The notes beneath the pieces were generated by a model. The model had not been told where the DNA came from and did not search any database. It was given only the letters and a program-made list of their open reading frames with translations. Made by a program: the position numbers and the translations under genes. A DNA stretch of 64,000 bases from Oopsacas minuta (lineage: Eukaryota > Animalia > Porifera), in NCBI GenBank assembly GCA_024704765.1, contig JAKMXF010000343.1, forward strand, positions 845,151 to 909,150, given 5' to 3'. Below are positions 11,618-22,923 of this stretch, piece by piece (position 1 is the stretch's first letter; every line of letters starts with the position of its first letter).

Positions 11618-13683
11618 TCATTTGGCGATCTGAGCCTGTTTACTTTTCACCAATTGGTCTATTTCTACAATCAAATTTGAAACACTGAGGCGAAGCAAAT
11701 CATGTAGGTGTCCATCAGTCAATCGTGACTGAGTTTTGGATTTCACGATTTTCATTCTGGAAAGGTTTGTTCGCAAATATAAGTACTGCCGAATAAAGCA
11801 GCCATTCGCATGGCAAGGGCACAAACATTCGGGAAAATACTTGAAGGCAGAGTATGATAAAATTGCAGTGCGAACAACTCTCTAAGTTTTTACCTAAGAT
11901 CGTTATTTGACTGCAGATCTATGATTTCTAATTGCAGATCCTCCCAAAGTCCCTCCACATCAACAATAAATGGATCTGCAAACATTAAAATATCCTTTGA
12001 GTATGCATAAAAATCTTCAAATCGTCGTTTGAACTGTTCTTTGAGTGATTCAATGGCAATCTTTGCCCATGATTCGGGAAATGGTATGGTAACTGATACA
12101 TCATTCTTGACAATTGGCATAGTTTAAAAAGCGTCAAATTGCTTGTTGAAAGTTCTTTTTCAAAAAGGCATAATTTTGAATCAAAGGATTTAACGTCATA
12201 AAACATTTGATTGACTAGCTTCCCTTTCCCCTGAAGCCGTAAGTTGAGATCATTAAGGTGCTGTGTGACATCCGCTAGAAATGCAAGCTGCCATACCCAT
12301 TTGCCATCAGACAGTTCACCTACTGGACGCCCCTTTGTAGTCATGAAATAATCTCTTTCTTTACGTAGCTCAAAGAATCGCTTCAAACTTTACCACGGCT
12401 AAGCCAACGTACTTCACTGTGGTAGATTACATCGTCATAATCTGTGTCTACCTCCTTCGAAAAACTCTGAAATTGACGATGGTTCAGAGCATGTGCACGG
12501 ATATAATTTACTGTTTTAAATACTGTCTTCATCACACAGTCCAAGTCAAGTGATTTTGCACAAAGCGCTTGTTGGTGAATGAGACAGTGAAGGGCGATGG
12601 GAAAATTCGTACCAACATCCTCCATATGATTATTTATTCGTCCAATTAATCCAATCTTCCTTCCAACCATACTTTTGGCCCCATCTGTTGTAATGGATGT
12701 GAGTTTCTTCCAATCTAGATTCAGGGATCGTAATGTTTCATGAAGTTTTTCGAAAACATCATGTCCTGTTGTAGTCCCTTTCAAGCTATGTAGAGCAGCT
12801 AATTCTTCAGTTATATGGAAGTCTTTGTCAATACCACGTATAAAAACTAGAAGTTGACTTGTATCACTCACATCACAACTTTCGTCTAACCCAATTGAAA
12901 AACGTTCAAATTTATCTTTAACGTTCAACAACTGTGATCGTAGATTGTCACTTATTTCTTCCATACGTCGTGTAACAATGCTAGCAGACAAACTTACAGC
13001 CTCGAACAAATTCATTTTGTCAGGACATATACAATCCACCACTTTGAGTAAGCATTTTTCAACATATTCGCCATCGCAAAACGGTTTACTACTTTGTGCA
13101 ATAATCTGTGACACATAATATGTCGCAAAAATAGTGGCAGAATCTTCATTCACTTTCTTTTTGAATAAGTTCATTTGAGATAATCGATTCCTTTTTAAAT
13201 ATTCGAGTTTGTCTAAGAAAGAAAATTGATAAAACATTGTACTTTAAACTAAAACACTCAGAGTAGAGAGGGAAAGTCGGTTATAATATATTGCACTCAG
13301 ACATTAAGTTACTACTTTACTATGTACTAATTCCACGCTAGAAGCGGTGCACATTTATCCGATATCTACTACAGGGGCGGTGCACACTGAAAGGTCAGAC
13401 AAGCATGAACAAAAACATTTGAACTGTTTCCGCTACCTCTGTACTGATAAAATGTGTTGTAATATTACCTGCACGTAGGTTTTCTGTAAATTGCTCGTAA
13501 TCTACTTTAAGCTTTGTATCGTAATGCTTACGAATGTTACGCTCTTTAAAAACCGAAATTGCCTCATTGCAAATCAAACAAGACACTTTTATCTCTATTT
13601 TGTATACAAAAATAAGTTTCTGTCCATCTATCTTTAAATCCTCGATGTTCTTCCTCGATTTTTCACTTTTTCGGGATTGACAT
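11618..13683 (-). pseudogene. Buster-type hAT transposase pseudogene (copy B)
   Basis: Same ORF fragments, intron and lesions as copy A. Confidence 0.92.
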
Positions 13684-14152
13684 TCTATATTTGTACTTTC
13701 TAAATTTTGTGGAATCAGAAAATTGATAGCAATTAGATATAAATATGAAATTGAAAGAACAGAATCCTTTCTAATAAGTTTTAGGCTTCTAATATGATAT
13801 TGTCAGCTTAAAAGCGTCGAAAACAAATAATTATTTCTATCAGTCAACTATAGATTAGCTTCCAACAAAAGTGTAAATGGACGAAGAGCTAAATATTTCA
13901 ATTGGCCAATATTCTTTGGCGGGACGCATATTAGGCTTTTGCGGGCTGCAGTTTGGGGACCCCTGGTATAGGGGGTGGCCGTTAGGCAGGTTTGGTAGTA
14001 TACACACATACCCACAGATTAAATGTGTTCAAATAGCTTTTGAGTCGTATTGCTTCAAGTTCTGTTTACCTAAATTTGTCCTCCGAAAAATGAATTTATG
14101 AATTTATGAATTTAGCGCATTATTTGGACTGTAGCATCTCTTTGATATACAT

Positions 14153-17100
14153 TAGGCCGGATCGAGAAAAGTATAAATCGTCGGTTCAACTTCTACCTAT
14201 GGGAATTGTTGCCTTTACCATTTTCTAGGAAAATGCGAGACTTAAATTTGAAAAATATTTCGATTTGACCCTTGCGGTTTTATATTTTTGCTGTGTCACT
14301 TTCGAAAATTGATTTTATATTGTCCGAATTTTCAAATTCCTTTGACTTAGCCCCTTTATATATATTATTTGGTAATAGTAAGTCGCATATTTGCTATTGA
14401 ATGGTATATTAATCGAATTTCTATGTCCAAGGATACTTAAGTTATCAAGATTTCTTTTGCATATTCTATCATACCCCAATATTATTACCCACCCCCCTTT
14501 TTTCCGATTATTTGAAAATTATTAGCTTTTTTATCTATCGTGGTATATGATTCAATTATGTTATATCAAGTATATTTAACATGCATAATCTTTCTTTGAC
14601 TCAAATGCGGGCATTTTTTCTCTTGATGTTAGGGTTGAAAGAATTAATCCATGTCTCGCATCTTCTCCTGTTACTGAACACGAACTTTTAGTGACTAATT
14701 GAATAGTTCTTTCAACAGCTTGTGTATGATATGGATATGCTTGAATTTCTAGTGGAGTACGTACACAATTAATTAGTACTTCTTTTGAGAGGTATCTTGT
14801 AAAAGCGGTTCTGTGATAAAAGAGGTTTCCCAATCAATCATATCCACATATGTTTCAGCAGTGAACCTAATTGAAGGAAGATTAAATGGGCGAATTTCAA
14901 TCGGTCTAAATGATGAACTGTTAATTCGGATATCTAAAATAGTCTTCACTGCCTTTTGTCTAATTTGTTCATCATTATCTGCAAGCATCGATAACAGGAG
15001 ATTTTCTGGATGACAAAAATATGAGTTTCTCTGTATCACATCGCAAATTACTTCTTGGTCAGACTCCGGTAGATCTGGTAGCAAAGATATCGCAAAAAAC
15101 ATATTTTTAGGTCCATCTGTGCAAATCGGGTTACTCTTGATTCTAAACCAAACTGGTGCATAATAATTGACAATAAAATTGACAAGTCGGGATAATTCAG
15201 GTGTGGGATGTATCGTAGAAATGTACGACCTAAGTAATCTGTTGACCAGTGTTGTCCATCTAGCATGATGTATAGGACCAGGTTGCATCGATGCCAGTTC
15301 AGATGAGCAAATACCAGTCTGAACTGCATGGCAGATATTATATAGATATTTCTGATCTTTATTTAAATTCTTGAGACTATCGTAATCAATAAGTTGAGTT
15401 TTACCGCATAAAGGATGATACGCTGCAATTGGTTTGCAAGTAAAATCACAATTAAGTTCTTTACCAATTACTCCTTTAAAAGAATTGGGTCCACTGGTTT
15501 TTCCATCTATTATTTGAAAGAGATGCCTCAATGGAAGTTCATTACCATGTAATTGGCAAATAAACCAGTGGAGTGGTTTTGCGAACTCTAGTTCAAGTAA
15601 TCTAATACACCCATTGTAGATTCCAGTGTTAACACGAGCTCCATCAGCTCCAACCGCCATTAAATTTGAATTACGCTCCCTGCAAAGATCAGTCAATTCC
15701 TTTGCTATATCTTTGGCTTTACCAGAACTTGGTGTTATATGGCCAACATACTGATTCTCCGGTTCAGATAAGACAGTATAATGTTCTTCATTTGCAGTAT
15801 CCTGATGCAAATGTCCATCTTCTCTTTCTACCAGTACTCGAGTTTTGATCTTTACGGCCATCAAAATATGTTGCAGATATATCATTGATAGTTTCGTGAG
15901 CCTCATTAGCCAATTCCTTTCTCACAGAGAATCTAGATCTATGGAGTTTGTTTCTATCAATAATTTGACTATCTTCTTCCTGTGTGATACTACCGTAATC
16001 TTGCAGTACTGCGTTAGCTATAGCTGCGCCTGCCCGATCGCTAATTTGATATCTATCACACATTATGGCTAAATTTCGTAATTGATTATGATTACGTGTA
16101 TACTTGTGAGTATTAGATATGCTCGAGTCAAAAGATTCAAACTCTTCAAAGTCACATTCTATAAATTCTTGCGAAGGTTGAACTGCATGTAATCTCTTCA
16201 TTTCCCTTTCTTCTCTTTCATATTGTGCCTCTTTTCTTTTTTGTTTAACAAAATTTTTAGAGGTTGTCATGCAGTCCAAGCTGGATATAAATAATTTTCG
16301 AGCGTTTCGCTGATCAAAGAGAAATGGCCACTCACGGCGTGGTATCTTTTTATCGAGAGAGCAAAAACATTTACCTTCCTGAATTAGGCATTTGCAACTT
16401 GAGACATCGAACAAGACATTGAATTCGGAAATAATAGGCTGTATACGGTCAGGTTGTTGCTTGTTTTGGATACTTTTTCCATAGTATTTAGCTCTCTCAA
16501 TAATATCAGAATTGATGTACTGTTTTATTTTGAGTTCTGATATAGTGGGTATGGAAGCCAAATTATAGATACGCACTAATACTTCAGTTAGTTCTTTCGC
16601 TATATCATCTCTAGTTGATTTAGAATCTTCATTTCTAAGCATTCTATAATGATTGTATAGATCTAGTTTTGTTGGAATTTGATTTTCTGGAATGGGTCCT
16701 GGATAGCCAAAAATAGGATGAAATACTTTACTACGCGTGTTTTCTGCCATTTCAAAAATAAATATATTTTAGGAATATGATCACTCAATAATATGAATGA
16801 TTTGATCGAGCATTGATATAGATACTATAATTGACCATAAATTCCATGCTAGATAAATGGTAACTAAGTTAGAACAAGAGATAAGGAATGTTGGCAAAAT
16901 TTCTTTGTGGTAACCTATTGAGGAATTTGGATCTAGATAAAGAAATATACTAAGTTTGGTGATTATATAGCTAGTTTTACTAAGAATATAGAATTTTCAA
17001 ATAATCGGAAAAAAGGGGGGTAATAATATTAGGGTATGATAGAATATGCAAAAGAAATCTTGATAACTTAAGTATCCTTGGACATAGAAATTCGATTAAT

Positions 17101-17355
17101 ATACCATTCAATAGCAAATATGCGACTTACTATTACCAAATAATATATATAAAGGGGCTAAGTCAAAGGAATTTGAAAATTCGGACAATATAAAATCAAT
17201 TTTCGAAAGTGACACAGCAAAAATATAAAACCGCAAGGGTCAAATCGAAATATTTTTCAAATTTAAGTCTCGCATTTTCCTAGAAAATGGTAAAGGCAAC
17301 TTTTCCCATAGGTAGAAGTTGAACCGACGATTTATACTTTTCTCGATCCGGCCTA
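14153..17355 (-). mobile_element. hATm-like element with long TIRs, copy 1
   Basis: TAGG...CCTA termini, perfect 8-bp TSD ATATACAT (14145-14152, 17356-17363), near-identical TIRs of about 365 bp. The hATm subfamily name is from recalled termini and protein motifs, not a search. Confidence 0.85.
14576..16750 (-). pseudogene. hATm-like transposase, two frameshifts
   Basis: ORFs of 320, 377 and 85 aa in register: YFDGRKD, VGADGARVNTG, ICQLHGNELPLRH, HARW, YPYHTQAVER. Confidence 0.8.
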
Positions 17356-17977
17356 ATATACATATACATATTGAATATAGTAAGATGTGCATATAGAATA
17401 TACAGATAGCTATATACAAGATACTAATAACCCAAATTTAGCAAAGTCCCAGATCCTCATAGAGCAACACAGATATATATTCTTGACAACATATGGAAGG
17501 GGTTACAACGATTGAGTTATATAACACTTGAGAAAAGATGTATACCGCATAGTAACAAGGAAAATACTAATCCATAAATAATTTGTCCATCACTGAACTT
17601 AAAATGAATTCATTAGACACATTATTTCCCAAGTTTCATCAATTTATAGGTTTGATGTAGATTTAGCTAAAATTATTCTTCTGGTGTATTATTGACCCAG
17701 GGTCATTGGTAGGGGCGTCACAATGATCACAATTGTGACAAGACCCGGGTCATAAAGGGTCCAGTGTCAGCTTAATTCATAACGAATTTCAAAATAATGT
17801 GGCCAAACTGTGCGGAATGTCGTGCATACCAATCCAGTCATTCAAACCTCTCCTTAGTTATAAACTGACAATTTGACGGAGACAAGGACTAATCAAGCAG
17901 TACGTCCTGCCTTAACTCATTCAACCTAGACCTTGCATTTTCATCTTGGATTGCTGTCGCATAAAACTTGGTAACTA

Positions 17978-20447
17978 CACAGGGCTGCATAAATATATAT
18001 TTCAGTACACAATCTAAGTCATCCAATTTTTCTAATACAACTTTTCGTGCTGAGTTTGAAAACGCATCCATTTATGGCCATCACGTCAGGATTTTATAGT
18101 ATAGAACAAGGCTTGTATTCGAATAGTCATTTTAACATCAATATATATGGTTAAATAAAATGTTCCCAACCTCAAATTTTCATGTGTAAATATGCTTAAA
18201 TAATATATTTCTTGTTCACTACATACTTCTACATATGAAAGGACATATACCATGTGTTATTCTATAAATTTTCTTAAGAACCTAGATTAGGACTCCAAGA
18301 ACTTCCTTTTATGAGATTTTCTCGCGTAATGTATGCCACACAATCTCGCTTCAGGCTCCAACAGTAGTCCGCCCTCATTTTAATGTCATACCTTCCTTGG
18401 TAACGCTCTTCCATCATTTGAACGTCCTGATGAAACAGTTCACCCTGCTCATCCGATATGTCTCCAAGGTTTGTTGGGAAGTCATCCAAGTGGCTATGTA
18501 AAAAATGAATTTTGATGCTCATATTACATCCCAACTTATGAAAGCTTTCGAGCAAACGATTGATTAAATTCACATAATTATAGTCTCTTATATTTCCTAA
18601 GAAGCCTTACACAACCGATACAAAGGCTTGCTATGTACTCAGTATTCAACATATGAGCAGTGAAATTGGGATTTTTCATCAATTTTGGGATGTCTGGCCC
18701 ATTAAAGATACCAGATTTGACTTTTTCATCGCTCAGCCGGTGGAATCGTGAGCCAAGGTATTTAAAACAATCCCTATCCCTGTTAAGAGCTCTTACGAAT
18801 TGCTTAATTAACCCGAGTTTAATATGCAAAGGTGGAAAACAATCTTTTCCCGACCAGTGCTTCGTTGATCACATTAGCACAACCAACAATTAAATTTTCT
18901 CTTTTTGGCCACTCCTTTCTGATCCAATGTTCATTCTTCGCTCTACTATCCCACATACACAAAGAACAAGGATATTTTGTGTACCCACTTTGTTGCCCGA
19001 GAAGGAAGCAAAGCATTTTTAGATCTAGACAAGATGATCCACTTATGAAAATCGTATCTAATTAATTGTAAAACCAGATTGGCATTTTCATATTTTTCAC
19101 TTAATGTAACAGAATGAACAAGGGATATTGAGCCAAACTGATTGCCATTGTGAAGTAAACAACTTTTAAACTCCTTTTTGAGCAATCAATAAAAAGTCTC
19201 CATTCATTAGCATCATATGTTTTCAGACCAAGTTCTTTTAACAGGCCCTCAATGTCACGACAGTAAACACAATTTTCACGTTGAGCAAAAGATCGTAAGA
19301 ACTCCTGTTCTCTATGACGATAATATGAAATCCTAGTGTATGGACCCAACAAATTCTTTTGATTAAGCCTAGATGCTAGTAGTTTGGAAGCAGCTTTTGA
19401 CAAACCAGATCACGAACCAAGTCATTTAACTCTTCTTGGTTAAATGTTTGCAGTGGTTTAGATTTGATAAATTCTTCATCTCTACTCTCATCAGGCGACT
19501 CCACATCATCAATTTTCTGGTTCTGGATAAGGTAAAAATTGATGACAATCAGTAATTACAGGTCCAAGTTCAGGATTTTTCCAAATGAAACCGGAATTTC
19601 ATCACTATTTTGAACCGGCCTTATTGCGGAAGGTATAGAGGGATACTGTATTCTTTATTTGTTCCTTCTGATTGAAACCTAGTGTTTTGACCATACAGAA
19701 GTAGCAATCATCAAAATGATTTGTCGGTTCTCTCCATATCATAGGAATTCCAAATTGCATTGACATTAGTTTGCTACGTGACCAGTTAATAAATTCATCA
19801 AGCATTTCTGAAAACTATATGTGGTGACCACTCTTTGTCTTGGTCGCCCAATTGCATCCCAAAATATGCATGGTATAAATTGCGTACTACATCATCTATC
19901 ACCCGTTTCTGTGTTGGAAATGTTAGCTCTCCACAAATAGAGCAGAAAATATTGGGATCATTAGAACATTTCCTCCTTGAAGATGCCATAAAACAATTCG
20001 CTAAAATACAAATAAGTGTTAATATCTTACTATAACTCTCTCTATACATAGTGACTATAAGCCTACTAAATAGCATGCATAAGAATAACACTATTCTATT
20101 AATATCTCAGCTAAAGTTAGGATTCCTTATACTATGAATGAAATTTCCACGATAAAATGTGCCTGACTCCGAATAAACAGAGTTTTGGAACACCCAAATA
20201 TCTAGTAATAGAAAACACAATAGCAAGGAATATGATGTGTTCTAGAAACACCGTTAAACAACAAATCACATAATTAAAACTTGGGAAGACTAGGCCTAGA
20301 TGAAACTGCGCCAAAAATTACGAAACATCAACATCAAAAAATCTGGACGTGATGGGCACAAATGAATGGCGTTTTTGGCCTCAGAGGCTAAAAGTTAGTT
20401 AGAAATAATCAATGGGATAGTTTGTGTAAAAATACTATTGCCCAGTG
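17978..20447 (-). mobile_element. Chapaev3-like (CMC group) element, family 1
   Basis: CAC...GTG termini (CACAGGGC / CACTGGGC), 3-bp TSD CTA (17975-17977, 20448-20450), imperfect TIRs extending about 110 bp (shared CCATCACGTC.GATTT). Confidence 0.8.
18274..19989 (-). pseudogene. Chapaev3-like transposase pseudogene
   Basis: MASSRRKC..FCSICG..GDQDKEWSPH..WREPTNHFDDCYFC zinc finger, WRLFID, LLGQQSGYTKYPC.LC.WDSR, HIKLGL, SDEQGELFHQD; many frameshifts. Confidence 0.85.
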
Positions 20448-21618
20448 CTATATGTCAGGCTAGATAGCTAAAGTTTCAAGGACACCCGAAACAAGACAGG
20501 GCCAGTACGCATTGTCGACGGCTCTGTATTGATCCATAATTATAAAATCGGAACAAGTGCCTGGGATTACGTCATAGGTAAATTCGCAGATATGTTATAG
20601 AAAATGCAATTGTATATTGAAATCTAAGTTGTCTATTTATACATGTGAAAACTACATGATGCTTATTCCAAATTTTATGTGATTGGCTTAGTCCAGATTT
20701 CTCTATAATTGCTATTTTTCAACACTGTGTAGTATTGTTATCAGCATTTGCAAATATTTGCTGTTACTTAGATATTTATAGTAAAAATTTCTAAATATTG
20801 TAATAATGCTGTTTTACTTGGGTGATCGAATAAGCTGATTTCGAATTTAGCGCTTTAAATACCTTACATTTAAGAAATTATTGTTCATATAAAGTAATTC
20901 GATGCACGAAGTGCCAAGGTATATGCGAACACAGAGTGTTCGCAAGCTGCAAGGTGAGAGCAAATGAAGTGGCTAGTAATTATACATATTAGAAAGCACC
21001 AGTTACCCTGTTGTTTGAAAACAGAAATACTATTAAGACCAAATTATGACGCATTTGTCACTAGTAAATCGAATAAGCACATCAATCTAGTATGGTGTGG
21101 CGGACAAAATTAAAATGAATTCGATAGCAAACCAGTAAATTTGAATAGGTTGAAAGAATTGGTACGATCAACTTTAATGAATTGAAAGATTTGGATCCAA
21201 GAAAAATGACTTGGTAAACCAGCACTGAGTTTTGTTGTAAATTCGAATAAATTGCATCTCCGTAGCAAAATTACAAAAATTAGCCTATCGATCTGAAGTT
21301 ATAAATGCATTATCTCAGCATTGTCAGTCATAAATAGTAGACATTAGTAAAAGAGTAATCGAAAGTTAGCAAATACATAGGATGCAAATCGGTTATTGGA
21401 CAGTAGGTAACGGCAATGAGACAAATATATCTCGTAATGCCTTTTGGTGATTAATCATAATTTCACACCTTTCTATCTCAAAAGATTGCTCGAGAATAGG
21501 TTTCAACATTTTGTAATGGGTAATTGGGTGCGTAGAGTCCAAGATCTTCAGAGCCTAATAGCAACAAATTCACATATTAATCACTCGATTAATCATATTT
21601 TTAATCCTTTTAAAGTTA

Positions 21619-22923
21619 CGAGGGGCACTCGAAAAGTTTTGTCGTTTATATACTTAAATAATAGGTATTACATATTATATGGTCACATTTTTCAAAATAC
21701 TCGCCCTAACACTCTATACACCTTTTCATGCGTTTAAACCCGGTATCAAAGCACTTTTCCATTCTTCTTTAGGTATCTCCACAATTGCTAAGAAAAGTGC
21801 CCGGGCAACTCTTCATTGCTGAAAAATCTCCTCCCACGAAGTTGATCTTTCAACTTTGGGAATAACCAAAAATCGCAAGGGGGTAGATCTAGACTGTAGG
21901 GTGGGTGGGGTAGCGTTCCGATCCTATAATTCCCTAAAAATTCACGAGTTCTTAGTGCTGTATGCGATGAAGCATTATCGTGGTGAAGCAGGATTCCTCG
22001 GACACCTGACTTCTCACGTTGTTTTTCGATAGCACTGAATACTTTCGGAAGACATAGTGTGGTATACCAATCAGCGGTGACTGTCTCCCTATCCTCAAAT
22101 GCAATTCTTTCAACAAATCCATTACGTCTAAAGAAAATCACCCACATCTGCTTTCGACTGATCTAATTCTCCGGACCTTTGTTGGAGGTAAACCACCTTC
22201 TTCGACCCACTCCTTAGAATGTCTCTTCGTTTCTAGATCATAGTGGTATATCCATGTCTCATCGCCTGTGAGTATTTCAGAAACAGCTCTAGAAGTTCCA
22301 TTAACAAATCTTTTAAGCATAATTTTGCAAAAGTCCACTCGGCACTTTTTCTGATCGGACGACAAAGAATGCGGGATCCAACGTGCACATAACTTTCTAA
22401 GACCGAGCTCTTTATGTAAGATGACGTTTATACTCCCCGATGACAATTTGGTTTCATGTTCTAACTGAGCGTAAGTAACATGAGGGTCTTTTGTTACTTC
22501 GTCCAACACCAGCTCTACATTTTCGACCGTGTGTGTAATACTGGGCCTACCAGGACGGGGACCATCTTCAAGAATACAATTTCCATGCATAAACTCTGAG
22601 TACCATCGCTCTACTGTTCTCAAACAAGGAGCTATATTTGGGAAGCGCTTCTGCAAAGTTTAGTGTATTTCCAAACGGCTTTTCTCAAGTTTGAACAAAA
22701 TTAAAATCATCGCTCTAAAATCGCGTTTTGTGAGGTCAGATTCTGGTTGAGGAATCATACAAGCTATAGCTTTTAGAAATCAAGCAATTCGAAAAGTACA
22801 AAAGATAAACTGATGAAATTTGTTGTGACGTAAATAATATGCGTCTAAATATATATAAAATAATTTTATTAGAAAATACTTGTGGTTTAATAACAAACGA
22901 CAAAACTTTTCGAGTGCCCTTCG
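21619..22923 (-). mobile_element. mariner element (DD34D), decayed
   Basis: 29-bp TIR CGAGGGGCACTCGAAAAGTTTTGTCGTTT with one mismatch, TA on both sides, 1305 bp. Confidence 0.95.
21683..22758 (-). pseudogene. mariner transposase pseudogene
   Basis: RWIPHSL, ILTGDETWI, LHHDNASSH, HPPYSLDLPPCD (34 residues between the Asp residues); frameshifts. Confidence 0.92.

Larger units (their letters stand above)
10050..13965 (-). mobile_element. hAT element copy B, inverted near-identical copy of 7149-9693, interrupted by a Tc1
   Basis: Ends CAGGGGTCCCCAACC (10050) and GTTTGGGGACCCCTG (13965). The ORF track gives identical translations; coordinates map as x+y=21114. Flanks ATTTATGG (10042-10049) and GTATAGGG (13966-13973). 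Confidence 0.95.

Noticed and set aside
14151-17357. 4-bp TSD (ATAC), suggesting a Sola element
   Set aside because: Shifting the ends to TAGG...CCTA gives a perfect 8-bp TSD, which is the better explanation and fits hAT-type elements.
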